Source: Rhina ancylostomus
Lineage: Eukaryota
Length of the DNA: 64,000 nt
Assembly (NCBI GenBank): GCA_030265395.1
Contig: JARFYF010000060.1
Location: 14,007,948-14,071,947, forward strand
Direction of reading: 5' to 3'
The notes below the pieces were generated by a model, which worked only from the letters and a program-made list of their open reading frames with translations, made no database searches and was not told the origin of the DNA. This document shows positions 51,500 to 64,000 of this stretch, piece by piece. The translations under genes were made by a program, and so were the position numbers. Position 1 is the first letter of the stretch. Each line of letters begins with the position of its first letter.

Positions 51500-51660
51500 A
51501 AAACAGATGCTGGAAATCGAAAACATACAGTGAAAGAGCAAGTGCGGGAAATGTTCAGCAGATCAGACAGGATCTGTGGAGAGAGAAATAGATAATATTC
51601 CAGGTCAACAACACTCACTGTCTGACCCGTTGAGTATTTCCAGCACCTTCTGTTTTTATA
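51500..51660. mobile_element. Penelope-terminus-like repeat, partial fold-back
   Basis: cagatgctggaaatc...ggaaatgttcagcagatcagacag and ctgtctgacccgttgagtatttccagcac are complementary pieces. Confidence 0.55.
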
Positions 51661-54600
51661 TGATAAAAAAGTTATTTTGTTTGCAGTATGAAGGATCTGC
51701 AGGATTTTGTTTGGAATATTCTACTTCATTATAGTTTAAATTTAGCTTCATAAACTGAGTAAATTAGTCTATCACAATTAAAATTGAATGTTTTGGATGT
51801 GAATGCATGGAGATATGATAGTGCAGTGGTGGAAGAAATTGGAGGGCAAATGGGATGTTGTAAAAGAGGTTGAATTGAAGCCATCCTTTTTCACTTGCAT
51901 CAAATGCACAGAACAGTAGTCTCCACATTGCAATCCACTTCTAAAATTCACTTCTATTCAATAGAAACAAGTCTTGGAAAACGAAGCATATAAGCTGCTA
52001 TATTAGTCATTTAGTGCAGGTAGCTGTGGAATAAGTTCTAGTCCAGATGTTTGGGAGTAATTTTAATCTAATTCACTGGATGTTGCAGACCAAGGGATCA
52101 CCCAGCACTGTTCAAAGAGTGCTATAGAATGGGGGCATGTAAACCGGCATTTTGTTTGAATGTATTAGTGTTGCCCAGACATTGTGCACTTCAGAAATGC
52201 TTCATCCCAGACACTAATTCCCTTTATATGGAAGATTCATAAGCCTAGACCTCTGTGGTATTACCAAAAATTAGAGTTAGCTATTTGATATAGTTTTGTA
52301 AGAGTTAGGTTTCACTGACATTAGTCTCCAGAAATGATTTCCCAGTGATGTACACATAAGTTAAAAAAAGAACGTGAAGCACAACATCCATGAGTAACAT
52401 TTATCATGCATGCCACTTTTTAGTTTGAACCTTACTGATTGCACTTAACTTTATATAGTTCATATCCTGTCAACAGTCTTGTTGCATCTATTCTATCAAT
52501 GTAGAGTGGCCATCCCTCATATTAGTATATAAAAATGGAAATACCTCAAAATAGGTATCTTGAAAAGTAGATCTATTAATAAACAAGATAATTATGGTAT
52601 AAAAAGTTCAGCTACATTATAAATATTAGACACATTGCATATACAAGAAAGATTAATCATTAAAATATATAAAATCTGGGACAGAAGTTCAACTCATCTA
52701 TATTAAATATTTTCTGTGCAACACATCTAATAATATATCTTGCATAGAATATATTTAGAGGACGAATCTGTTTGCAATTTGTAACACAGCTGTTAAAAGG
52801 CACATTAATTCTTGCACAAAACACAAGTGGGAACATTTCTCGTTTAAGACCATTATTTTAAGTTGAAAATGATCATATCCATTTTGCGAGTAGTCCTGTC
52901 ACAATGTTAATGAATCCTTTAGAGGCCATATCTTTTTTTTGTTCACCAGGGTGAAGGCAATGAAGGAGAAATGCAGTCTGTAACTAAAGGGAACAGAGAT
53001 ACTTCAATATGAGAAAATCATGTCTTGAAAAATATATGTGATTTATCATTTAAGGATTGTGTTTAATTGGATTTATCTGCTGGCGTGGGTAGCCTGTTGT
53101 TCTTCTTGCCCCACAGGGCTGAATGCAATTAAGAGTAATGAGGTGAATAGTTCCTCTTTAAAACAATGAGAAGTATTAATATGAATATGCTAGCATAAAG
53201 CCACATGAATAATTCCACTGATTTTGACCAATTTTGATTACTATTTTATGTTGTATAATTATGGCTAGAGATTTTAAGAAAAGCATTTAGGGGATCTCAA
53301 ACAATTTCTTCGTGTAGTAGCACCAAACTGTGATTAAAAGAAGGTTAGACTAAGGCAATGGACTATGCAACTCTTGATTGGGGTGAACTGAGGCTTTCAT
53401 GGATTCTTCCAAGCACCACCAATTAAAATGCATATAAATAACAACAATAGTTGATTTCCTCACTCCTTTTCCCTCTACACACAAAACGGCATTTATGTTT
53501 TTTAGAGGAGGCATTTATTTATTCATTCATTCAAGTAGAACCTCACTTGCATCAGAATCATAACTAGATTTAGTTACAGGCTACATTGAGTATTCAATGG
53601 AAGCTTAATCTGTTCAATTTATGCCACAATTGTTTCCTTCTGAGTATACTATTTTCACGTCATCAAATCCAGTATGGAAACCCGATGGATAGTTTATCCA
53701 AAATGTACAATGAATGCCTCTCAATGCTTAGCCCACATTCTGGGCCAAGTGTTGCCTTGAAAACTTCAGTCTGTGGAAGAAACCTGGTTAAAGTTGGAAT
53801 TTTTACTTTCACTCAGAAGGCAATCATGAAGTTTAAGAATTAACCACCAACTAACTACACAAACCTAGAACAAGTGGTTTTAGAAGTTAGAGGCTTGAGT
53901 CAGAGTTCTCCAGTTCCAGTGGCTTAAACAGGGAAAAGGGGTGGGGAGAGAAACAGTATATGGCCCCCACAATCTGGACTGAGTGATTTAAAGATGAATC
54001 CATGTGTTCAACATGTCCCTATGAAAGTGGTCAACTTCATTTTCTGTGCATGCTCCTGCCCTCTTCATTGTTTATCTGAAGCTCTGAATGGAGCTTTTGG
54101 TGGCTTGACACATTTCCTTACCATTTCAAAGAGTTACTTGCATTCCTACAACATATTAAATTAAACTTTTAATTTCTGTATGATTAACAATAGGATTGCC
54201 AAAAGGATATACTCTTTTAACTTCCTTGAGTGTGCTTTTCAAGGTGAATGCAGACAGTGCTGAGGGCAAGTAATCATTCAGCAACTGAACTAACAGAGTC
54301 ATGCTTCACCATTTAGAGGCAACTAGAGTTGCTTCTACTCTGTTATGAGAGACAAGCCTCCGGACAGCACCTGCTTTCTATATTAATGGTACTTCCACAA
54401 ACTGCTCTTTCAATCCTCCAGCACAAATCTGTCAAGGAAAATGGTAAACTGCGTGCTATCTCCCTGACTTCTCAATGAAGTAATTTTCCACAGCCGACTC
54501 TGCACAAGTTAACTCCAACTCAAACCTGTGGATGCTAAACTGGGTGAGTACAAAACAACTTGATTGCACACTAGCCTATGTTCAGATGGGACTGTACATC

Positions 54601-55908
54601 AATGTGGCAGATAACAACATCCATGGAAAGCAAAACACTTCACTTTATCATTCCTTCCAGCTTTTTATACAGGAGATCCTCTTCCAACTTCTGATTGGGG
54701 AATAGCAAAGAAAGCTTCAAAATGGGGATGAGAAATCTAAATAAGGAAAATTTTAAACTTATAGTGAGAATGATTATAATTATCTATGATATTCCACTTT
54801 CTTGCATCTTACATTTTTACATAGACTAATGGATTTCCTGTCATTTAATTTGGCATGAATAGTTTTCCTCAGCACTGACTATGGATTGCATTGTTTCTGC
54901 ACGCCACACAGTTCAATTTTCATGATTAAAAAACCCAATGGAAAATCATGGACCACCATGCAGACTACTACTTTTCTACATAGTTCGTTAAGTCCACTAT
55001 TTTCTCTCCAGATCCTTTGGGCACCTGAAGGCTCATTGCATTAGAAGAGTTTAAACAGGTGCAGTGGCATCCAAGGACATACCTGGACATTACTTCCAAA
55101 TTTTTCTTTGGTACATGTGTAGAATGTGTAGTTGGTGGGCTACCCATACAGAAGCCCACAATGTTCATCTCTTTCAGCATTTCTTTAAACAGGGAATATG
55201 TCTGAGTAGATTTTAGACCAGCTTTGGGAAGTAAAGCTCCTCCTTGGGCACATCAATAACTAGTTCTCCCAAGAACAACACCCAATCCCATCCAATCTTG
55301 CATCCTCATCTGACCTCCCTCTACTGATCCACAAACTACAACTATAGACCCTCCCTTGAACACAATGATCCCTGATCAGAACAACAATGCCTACTCCTGA
55401 GTATTGATCTCCCATCTGTTCTACCTGACTACTGATCCACGCAGATTGCATTGAGCCTCTGCCAGCAACTGAGGTGACTGACTGGACTGTCAAACCCCAC
55501 CTCTCCACTTCAAGATTTCTGGCTGGCAAATCTCATCCCAATTCGACTGCCAACCCCTCCACCAACCAAATGACACTGATTCTACCTTTTCACTCTCTCC
55601 CACTATCCCTTGCACCTTGTTGTCTACCTGCACCACACTTTCTCAGTAACTGTAACAACTTATTCTGTATTCTGTTATTGTTTTACCTTGTACTACCTCG
55701 ATGCATTGTGTAATAAATTGATCTGTATAAACAGAATGCAAGACAAGTTTTTCACTGTACCTCGGTATATGTGAAAATAATAAACCAATTCCAATTCCCT
55801 CTATCCTCTTATGGCCCCAGTGCTGTTACATGAGCCTAGTTGCAAACTTAGCTGAGTTCCTTGTGCAAGGTCTGATCTGTAGCATAAGANNNNNNNNNNN
55901 NNNNNNNN

Positions 55909-56185
55909 CCAGGCACTTCAGGCCTGCCCTGCCATTCAATATGTTCATGTCTGATCTATGCTGCCCTCACCTCCCCTTCTGTGCTAGTTCTCCATAGTTC
56001 TCAATTCCTCAGTCTTTCAAATATTTATCTAACTCTATCTTAAGAATTTACAATGATCTGGGCTTCACCATCCTCAGGGACAGAGGATTCCAGAGATTCA
56101 CTACCCTCTGAGTGAAGAAATTTCTATGCACCTCATTTTTAAGTGACTGGTCACTTACTGTATATTGCCCGTAACTCTTCCAGGA
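55909..56185 (-). mobile_element. CR1 3' tail fragment
   Basis: gccattcaatatgttcatgtctgatct...ttccagagattcactaccctctgagtgaagaaatttct. Confidence 0.7.
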
Positions 56186-56914
56186 TGCTCTGGGTCTTGC
56201 CTGCTGAGTTTCCCAGTGGCAGGCCCATAAACAAGATACCTGTCAGCATGCTGCAAAGAATCTATTAATTGGGACTAAATAAGCCCCCTCCAATTTCTAG
56301 GCCATGCTGTAATAAAACGTCTTGCTTTTCTGCTGCTGAAGTGCATAATTAATGGTCCCTCAATCAAGGGTAGCAGATATATGGTTTAATCAAAGCTGAC
56401 TTTCTTTTTATATATTTCCTCTTGTTCAGCACAGAAATTAGCATTTATGATAAAATGGCCGTGGAATACAACATCACATCATCTAGGGCACTGCTCATGG
56501 TAAATCACAAGGAAGGCGATCTTTTATTGTGTTAAATATACTAACGGGGCACTTATGTATGGCAGTATGTGGGGTAGGGCTTTTATTAAAGCTTTGTCTT
56601 CAAGCCCAGATTTAGAAATGTGTAGCCAGGATGTGATCAATCATATGGGCACATCTAGGAAGTAAAAGGGATGCCTTGTCAATATGACTAAATTCTAGTG
56701 GCAACCTGCCCAATGAGGGACAACCAAGTAAGTCTGATGCCATTTAAAGACATCTACACCTCTCAGAGNNNNNNNNNNNNNNNNNNNNNNNNNNNNNNNN
56801 NNNNNNNNNNNNNNNNNNNNNNNNNNNNNNNNNNNNNNNNNNNNNNNNNNNNNNNNNNNNNNNNNNNNCTACACCTCTCAGAGGTAGATTGTACTTGAAT
56901 TTGTCAAATGGTCA

Positions 56915-57616
56915 ACATGAGAAATAGATGCAGGAATAGCCAATGGCCCTCTTGTGCCTGCTCCGTCATTCAATTAGATCACAACTATTCTTTTATCTCA
57001 GTGGCACTTTCCTGCACTCATCATAGATGCTTTGATTTCCTTAACATGCCAAAATCTACCAATCAGTGTCTTGTATCCAGTCAGTGACTGAGTTTCCACT
57101 GCCCTCTTGGGTAGATAATTGCAAGGACTAACTACATTCTGGATAAAGAAATTCCTCCTCATCTCAGTCCTGATTCCCCAACCCTTCATTTTGAGATTCT
57201 GACCCTTGTTTCTGAACACCACAGTGAAGGAAAACACTATCCCTGCAGCTATCTTACCAAGTCTGTAAGAAATTTGTACATTCCAGTAGGATCAGCTCCT
57301 ATTCTTCTAAACTCTAGAGAGTTTAGGTCCGTGCTGCCTATTCTCCCCATGGGATAAACATCACCATCCCAAAAATCAGCCTTGTGAACCTTTGTTGCAC
57401 CTCCTATTTTGCAAATATATCCTTTCTTAGGTAATAAGACCAGATGTGTAAACAGTATTCCAGGTGCAGAATCAAAGGGCCTGATATAATTGCAGTAAAA
57501 CATTTTGTTCTCGTGCTCAAATCTTCTTGCATGAAAGGCCAACATTTGCATTCCTAGTTGCTTTCTATGTCTGCCTGTTAATATTTAGTGATACATGTAC
57601 ACAGAGACCCAAGTCC
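56915..57616 (-). mobile_element. CR1 ORF2 C-terminus plus 3'UTR, degenerate
   Basis: Minus-strand SLEFRRIGADPTGMYKFL and KGQNLKMKGWGIRTEMRRNFFIQNVV. Confidence 0.8.
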
Positions 57617-57859
57617 CTACAAAGTGCAAGGCTTCAATGAGCAAGGGAAAAGACAGCCAAGACTGCATTCCCTCCAAAGACACATGAAACCTCCTGGAAA
57701 TAGTGAAGGACAACAGGCTAGATGAAAGGGGAACTGAAGGAAATTAGCACTTGTGAAAAAAATGGTATTGGTAATATTAATGAGACTGAAATCTGATAAG
57801 GGAGATCCTGTGGATGTGGTGTATTTGAACATTTAGAAGGCCTCATTATCACAGGTTAA

Positions 57860-58459
57860 TGGGATGGTAAGTCTGCCAATGCTATTTTGAGGCTGTTCCT
57901 ACTCCACTAATACAGGGTAAAGATGGCCAATATTGACTCCCATCTGTGGAACCTAAACAGATTTAGTTGTGATGCTCTCTGGTCCAGAAGACTACTATAC
58001 TCTAACAGGCTCCCTACAAATGATGCAAGGCTCTGCGGTCAGTGGTTCCTATTAACTCTCTCTTTCTCTCTCTCCTTTCTTTGATTGTGGAGTTACATTT
58101 GCTATCTTCTAAACTGTGGGAACAGTTCTGGAATCTGTGAAATTTTGGAAGATGGTAGCCACTGCTTCCATTATCTCCATCGTCACCTCTTTCAAAACCT
58201 TGGGATGCAGGCCATCAGGTTCTGGGAGCCGATCAGGATTCAGTTTCATTAATTTTTCCGTTCACTGTTGTTCTTCACTATTTCCAGGAGGTTTCTTGTC
58301 CATTTTCAAAGGCTGGATAGCCTCAATTTCTCATGTCAGTGGGATGGTAAGTCTTCCAATGCTATTTTGAGGCTTCTTCTGCTTCATTAATACAAGGTGA
58401 AGATGGCCAATACTGACTCCCATATGTGGATACCTAAACAGATTTAGTTGTGATGCTCT
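57860..58459. repeat. Direct repeat of about 120 bp (57860-57978 and 58340-58459)
   Basis: tgggatggtaagtct(g/t)ccaatgctattttgaggct...acctaaacagatttagttgtgatgctct occurs twice, 480 bp apart. Confidence 0.9.
58075..58300 (-). mobile_element. CR1 RT N-terminal fragment
   Basis: Minus-strand PEPDGLHPKVLKEV..EI...IFQN..TVP..IANVTP (~PGPDGLHPRVLKEVA...ANVTPLFKK). Confidence 0.75.
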
Positions 58460-60577
58460 ATAGTTCGGAAAACTGCTGACATTCACTGCTCAACTTCCAC
58501 GTGAAGATAAGTCACTCTGCTGATAGACTAAATAGCAGCTGCCACCTGTTGAATATCCCAACAACAGGTAACACTTGCCAAAGACAGGAGAAAGGGAACA
58601 GGAGTAGAAGAATAACCTATCAATCGCACAGCATCAGATTTACTAGCCAATGATCTGCAAAATGAACCACACTTTTGTTATTTTAAAGCTTTTGAAAATC
58701 TCAAGAAAATTTAACTGTTCATGCATCACTTTTTACTACTGAGTTTGCGATCAAACACCATGCTTACAGTTCACTCATTAATTTCCGACAAGGAAAGGGA
58801 AAGTGTTGACAAAACCCATAAGTTAAATCTGCTGGTACAGGTTATAAGTTGAAAGGATATTTGGCTGGTTTCCAACCAATAGCACTCATTCATGTGTTAG
58901 CTGGCAAAGGAGAGAATGGTGCATGTACATTTACTTGTACAGTTCATTCTTCTTTACAAAACTTTCAGATGCATAGTACATCTATAGTGCCTGCTGTAAA
59001 GATGTACAATTGAAGAGATGAAATATAAAGACAAAGCATGCAATTATCAACTGCTACACATGCAATTAAAAAAATCCGTGCTGGTAACAAGCCAGTTTCA
59101 TTGTAGGAGGCAAACTTCAAAAAGGTTTCTGTCATCATTTTGACTCCTGTCATAACTACTGGAGTAGTGATCATTCATCAGTTTGGCTTTGATTCAAAGC
59201 CTATTTCAGAGGTGAAATGACAATGTCCATACCCTCTTCTTTGATTTCATTACATAATATGGGTGATTTGTTATTGAACTTTAAGGATGGGTTGGTCTGC
59301 TTTCCCAAGATTGTAGCCTTTTGGCAGTACTGAAAAATAGTTCTCACCTCAAGTGAAATAGGACAATAATAAACTGTGGTGCAGGCTGGATTACCAATTA
59401 GGCCTTAGAATAACTTTCAGGAGCAATTCTTTGCTTATGCAAAATCTATGCCTCTTCCATAAAGTAGATTACCTGACACAGAAAGGCAAATCCTTCCAAC
59501 TTTCAATGGACCCATCAATCACAGAAAACTTATGATATTTTTATTTAGTTTATACAATATCATCTCATCAGTTCAAAATAATTCCACTGAATTTCTTTGA
59601 CACTCCCTAAATTTGCTGCAATATGAAATTAATGATGGTTAGTAAATGATTACACTGCTGTGCAACAGAGCATCACTTGTATGTGTCTAACAACTTAAAT
59701 ATTCATCTATAATGGGCTTCACCATGCTGACAGGGGGGAGGAATGGCAGGATTAGGGAAAATGCTTAGGAACAATCACATTGCGTCACTCAGAAGACAAA
59801 TGCAACGATGTTTAACTAGCGAAAGCATGCATTGCTTTAGCAGATGTGACTTTAAAGGGGAATACTTGAACTTTAAATAACAGAAGAGTTTTGTTTCTTG
59901 AGTCAATTTTTTCTGTATTGGAATAACAGAAAAGACGACAGTCCAAGTGGATCAAAAGTGAGCTATGTCATGAGAAACAGAGGTATTTCAAAGCAGCAAT
60001 TTAAATTGAGGTAAAGATGTTGATGACTATTATTAATACCTGAAATATTTGAAATCAGAAAGCAAAACCTAGCAAGGAGTTTTTGAACCATTTGCCTGGT
60101 ACTAAATTGGGCAAAACAGTGGCAGATTGTAGCTGCTTTGAGGAATTACTGCCAGCCCTACATGTCTTCAGGATCAGCAGACTGAATTATGTAAATACCA
60201 CATTAAAAAAGTTGCATCGTTTATGCTCCACAATCCAGGTAGATTTGAGGTTTCTTTAGGAATTTTTGCTTTCTTAATGACATATTCACTGAAAATATCA
60301 CTTTGAACCTCAAACAACTATCTTATTTGAACATGAAACTGCAGACTACATAGTTTAATGTTGAGAGAAAAATGATTTTAAAACAAATACATGTTTGTAT
60401 TTGGGGAAGTATTACTGCTTGGTAACTTGGAGGTTTTACACTGTGCTTTTATAAAGACGTTGCTATTTTTTCAAATATTATTCATAATTAGATTTAGAGG
60501 AAACAGGTCCTTNNNNNNNNNNNNNNNNNNNNNNNNNNNNNNNNNNNNNNNNNNNNNNNNNNNNNNNNNNNNNNNNT

Positions 60578-60818
60578 TATTCTTCCCTCATCTCCATCAA
60601 CACCCTCCAGATTCTACCACTCATCTACACATCAAGGGCAATTTACAGTGGCCACAACCCATACAGTTCTGGTGTGTGGGAGGAAACTCAAGCACCTGGG
60701 AAAAACCCATGCAGTCACTGGGAGAATGTGCAGACTCCACGTAGATTGCACTGGAGGTCAGGATTGAACCTGGGCCACTGGAGCTGTGAAGCAGCAGCTC
60801 TACCAACTGCGCCATTAC
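60578..60818 (-). mobile_element. HE1-like SINE with recognisable Pol III A and B boxes
   Basis: Minus-strand head TGGCGCAGTTGG (A box) ...GGTTCAATCC (B box); body homologous to 19220-19522. Confidence 0.8.
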
Positions 60819-63800
60819 CCTGCTGCAGTATCAGCACAGAATCTTATCACAAGTCCACTGCGTTTGACAGAATCATACAGGAAAAAACGAGGGCATTCTG
60901 TCCAACGGGCCTGAGCTGACCCCTTGAACGAACTGAGCAATTTGTCTCATTCTCCTGTTACAAGGTTTGAAACAAATCGACAACATAGTGTCATTCAGTC
61001 GGCCAATAGGCAGCTCTGGTTTTCCCTCATGGTTGCCCTGAACACTGACCGTTCAGGAAATAGGCATCTTCATCGTGGTTTTTTTGTTTGTTTTCATTGC
61101 GCTCAGGAAGGAATATTTCTGACTGTTCACAAGGGCAAGTGGGGTGGCTAAAAAGGACAAAATAAGAAGAAAGAAAACTCTGACCAGCTTGCAACCCACC
61201 TGAAGCAGGAGAGCCCACAGCAACTGAGGTTGTGATGAAATTCAGGCCTCGTTCCTTGCCCTTCTAACCAGAAACTGACTAAAGAGAGAGCAAGTTCCAC
61301 AGTTGGGAATAAACAGGAAATAACACAGGAAACATAAAAGTAACAACACTGAGTATGAAGGCAATGATGGAGGGGAATGAAGGTTCCAAGTATTGTATTC
61401 CCCTTTAAAGGAAAAATGAGATTAAAAGCCCCACCTGCTGCCCCCCTTTCAGACATGGATTCAACCCTTACCTATTGAGGTGTTGAGGACCTGGTCACAA
61501 CAACACTGCCGTGATAGCTGAGATTAATCAAAAACAAAGCAGTTAAGACTCTGAATGATCCATTTAATTTGAAGAAAATTCATTAAACGAATGACGACAT
61601 TCAGGTACACGAGAAGAATGCTCAATAATGTCAGTGGGTTCCACATACACAGCATCTGACATCAATGAAAATGAAACAGGAACCTGAACAAACGAAAAGA
61701 CACTGTCATTTTTACTATTGCAGAGTTCTCACGCACAATGACGAGACCTGATAGCTTTACCTGCAGCTCACTCAGGATAGAGTTCATTGAGGAAAGGGAA
61801 TAGAGGAACACATATGCGGTGACTGAGAACTTCAGGCAGCCTAGGGTTACAACATTTCAAGACTGATTACCATCACTCTTCCAGCTCGCGTTATCACACC
61901 CTGAATGATGGGATGAGAACTGAGCCATGATTCCAGGAGTTCAAATTGTAGAAAAGTACTAATTGAAATAAGCAATACTAAATCAAAGTATGTTTCCTGA
62001 CATTCCCTCTTTAAATGAAGAAGAGTATATCACAGTGCATGGAGTCACAAATGTAAAGGTACAGCTTCCTTTTGTAGTTCCTTCAGAGCTCTATCCAATA
62101 CGTCGTTCATTTCCATTTCAATGGTCTTTCATAAAAAAATCATGTTAATTTCCTTCATGGTTCCAATTCATTCTTCAATAGCTAGAATCCTTAATTAAAT
62201 AACACTTGCAGAGGTTCAATATATTTCCCACTGTGTTCAACAACAAAATGGGAAGTAATTTTCTTTGCACTTATGAGGAGTCAAAGAAACAATGCTGAGT
62301 CAAGTTGACACACAATTATTACACTGCCTCCCACACTGGTCCAAAAATGCTGTTACTTCATAGTTTTGCTTCCAACCCTGACGGCAACCAGCATGAGGTT
62401 CACATTCTTCAGTGGCAATACAATAATGTTAAGGGGAATTATGTCTTTTGTGTTCAAGATCACTAAAATTTACTGCACCTGTTGCTATTAACACGCAAGG
62501 AATGGAAGACAACCTTTCCATTTCTGGGGTTACTGTTCCTCTTGAGTTTGAATTCAGCCCAGGGCTGAATTGCAGTTATTCCAACAATTCTGAATAACAT
62601 GCCACTCAGAGTTAAAGATCTTGTAGTATGGACTTAAGATTGGTGGGCATATCTCAGGGCTTCTATCCAAGCCCTTTTACCTTAGATGTCGAGGCTTAAG
62701 TTTCCATATTGAAGATTATTCTCCTGATATTTTACATCTGAATCATTGCATACACTTAATGGAAAAGGCTGGTACAGAAACAATTATGTAAGCAGCAGGT
62801 GGAAAATAAATCTAAATATCATCCCCAAATGTAAAGAATTAACACAACTGGTATAACATCCTTTGGGATGGAACAACAGCTGTTTCTGAAACATATAGCC
62901 AAAGATAAATACTAAGTGACTACATAAGTGTTTAGAGCCAGTTAATCTGACATCAGTTATTGCAATATTTATGCCAGTATATTAAGAGTACAAGGCAACT
63001 ATCAATCTGTCTATTTAAGAAAAAGAAATGTCCACAAGGTGAATGTCATTGCTATTTCTGTACCTTACCATTGGATATTGGATACTGTGCCTAAGAAACT
63101 TGGTATTACCAAGTGAAAGCCAATTACCAGACTCAAAATAAAGTAAAAGATTAAAAATTTCCCAGATCTCTGCGGGGAACGTCAAAGGTTTGCACTAAAT
63201 GTTCTGGCTTTCTGACTGCACATGTGGTGTATCCAATTGGTTTGGTACGAGCGATTGACATGACATAAGTTTCCTCTCTGACACCTTAATAAATACGTTG
63301 CCAACTAATTCAAAATCGAATCTGCAGCTCTTTTGCTGACAAGAATAATTATTTAATTCTTTATTTTAGCCACACTTTAAAATTAAGAATTATGTAATTG
63401 TCACTGTGCATTATTTATTTTCTTGCATACTGATTCATGAAGGATAACACTTTCATAAACATGTAATGTAGGAATTGAGAAAATAGCAATTACTAACAGA
63501 AAAGACACATAACGACTGAACTATACACAACACTCGATCAAGCCTCCAAACGGTAAGTCCCATCTTGCTGATAACTTGCTAACTACAGGTGCTCTGTGAA
63601 TACTGTTACATTGTACCATGTACAATTACACATACAGCTTAAATTCAATGCAATATAGGGACAGCATTCTCTTTAGTTGTTTATCAAGGAGTCTAAAAAT
63701 GTGATGTCCAGTCAAATGCAACAAAAGTGGCAAAAGGCAGATGATTTTACAGATAAGAACTGTAGAAGAGTACCGTATATACAAGAACAAGTGGTCATGG

Positions 63801-64000
63801 ATTTTGGCACCATTTAATCTGGAAGATCATTATCAGTATTTAAAATCCAGAATAGTAAATCCTAGTGCACATCATCTGTTAGTGATATAATAAGGAAGCA
63901 CAATATGCACCCTATTTGGCAAAGATCACTCTGCCAATATTTCCACATTTCCACCAAAAAGACTGGGTTCATTGTTGATTAGCAAGTGCAAAACCTCTCC

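Noticed and set aside
60750-60818. tRNA gene
   Set aside because: A and B boxes are present but continue into a SINE body; no cloverleaf acceptor stem is evident.

Overview
AT-rich, intron/intergenic-dominated eukaryotic DNA from a gapped draft assembly. The repeat content (CR1 3' ends, HE1-like SINEs, Deu-domain and LF-SINE-like SINEs, Rex1/Babar, RTE, L2 and Harbinger relics, Penelope-type fold-back elements) points to a cartilaginous fish, probably a ray or shark; this is inference from remembered repeat families, not a search. Almost all ORFs in the track are spurious or transposon-derived. The best-supported host-gene pieces are two phase-compatible minus-strand exons (43417-43538 and 33280-33509, the latter ending in a stop) and one plus-strand exon (18-164); I do not recognise either protein. 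Weaker exon candidates lie at about 2 kb and 8.6 kb. I found no tRNA, rRNA, CRISPR or prokaryote-type system, and no clear novel multi-gene system. The most interesting structures are fold-back insertions with decayed hammerhead-like motifs (one copy has a perfect 14-bp TSD), a Harbinger transposase fossil with a candidate cognate MITE, and a direct-plus-inverted duplication at 57.7-58.5 kb.
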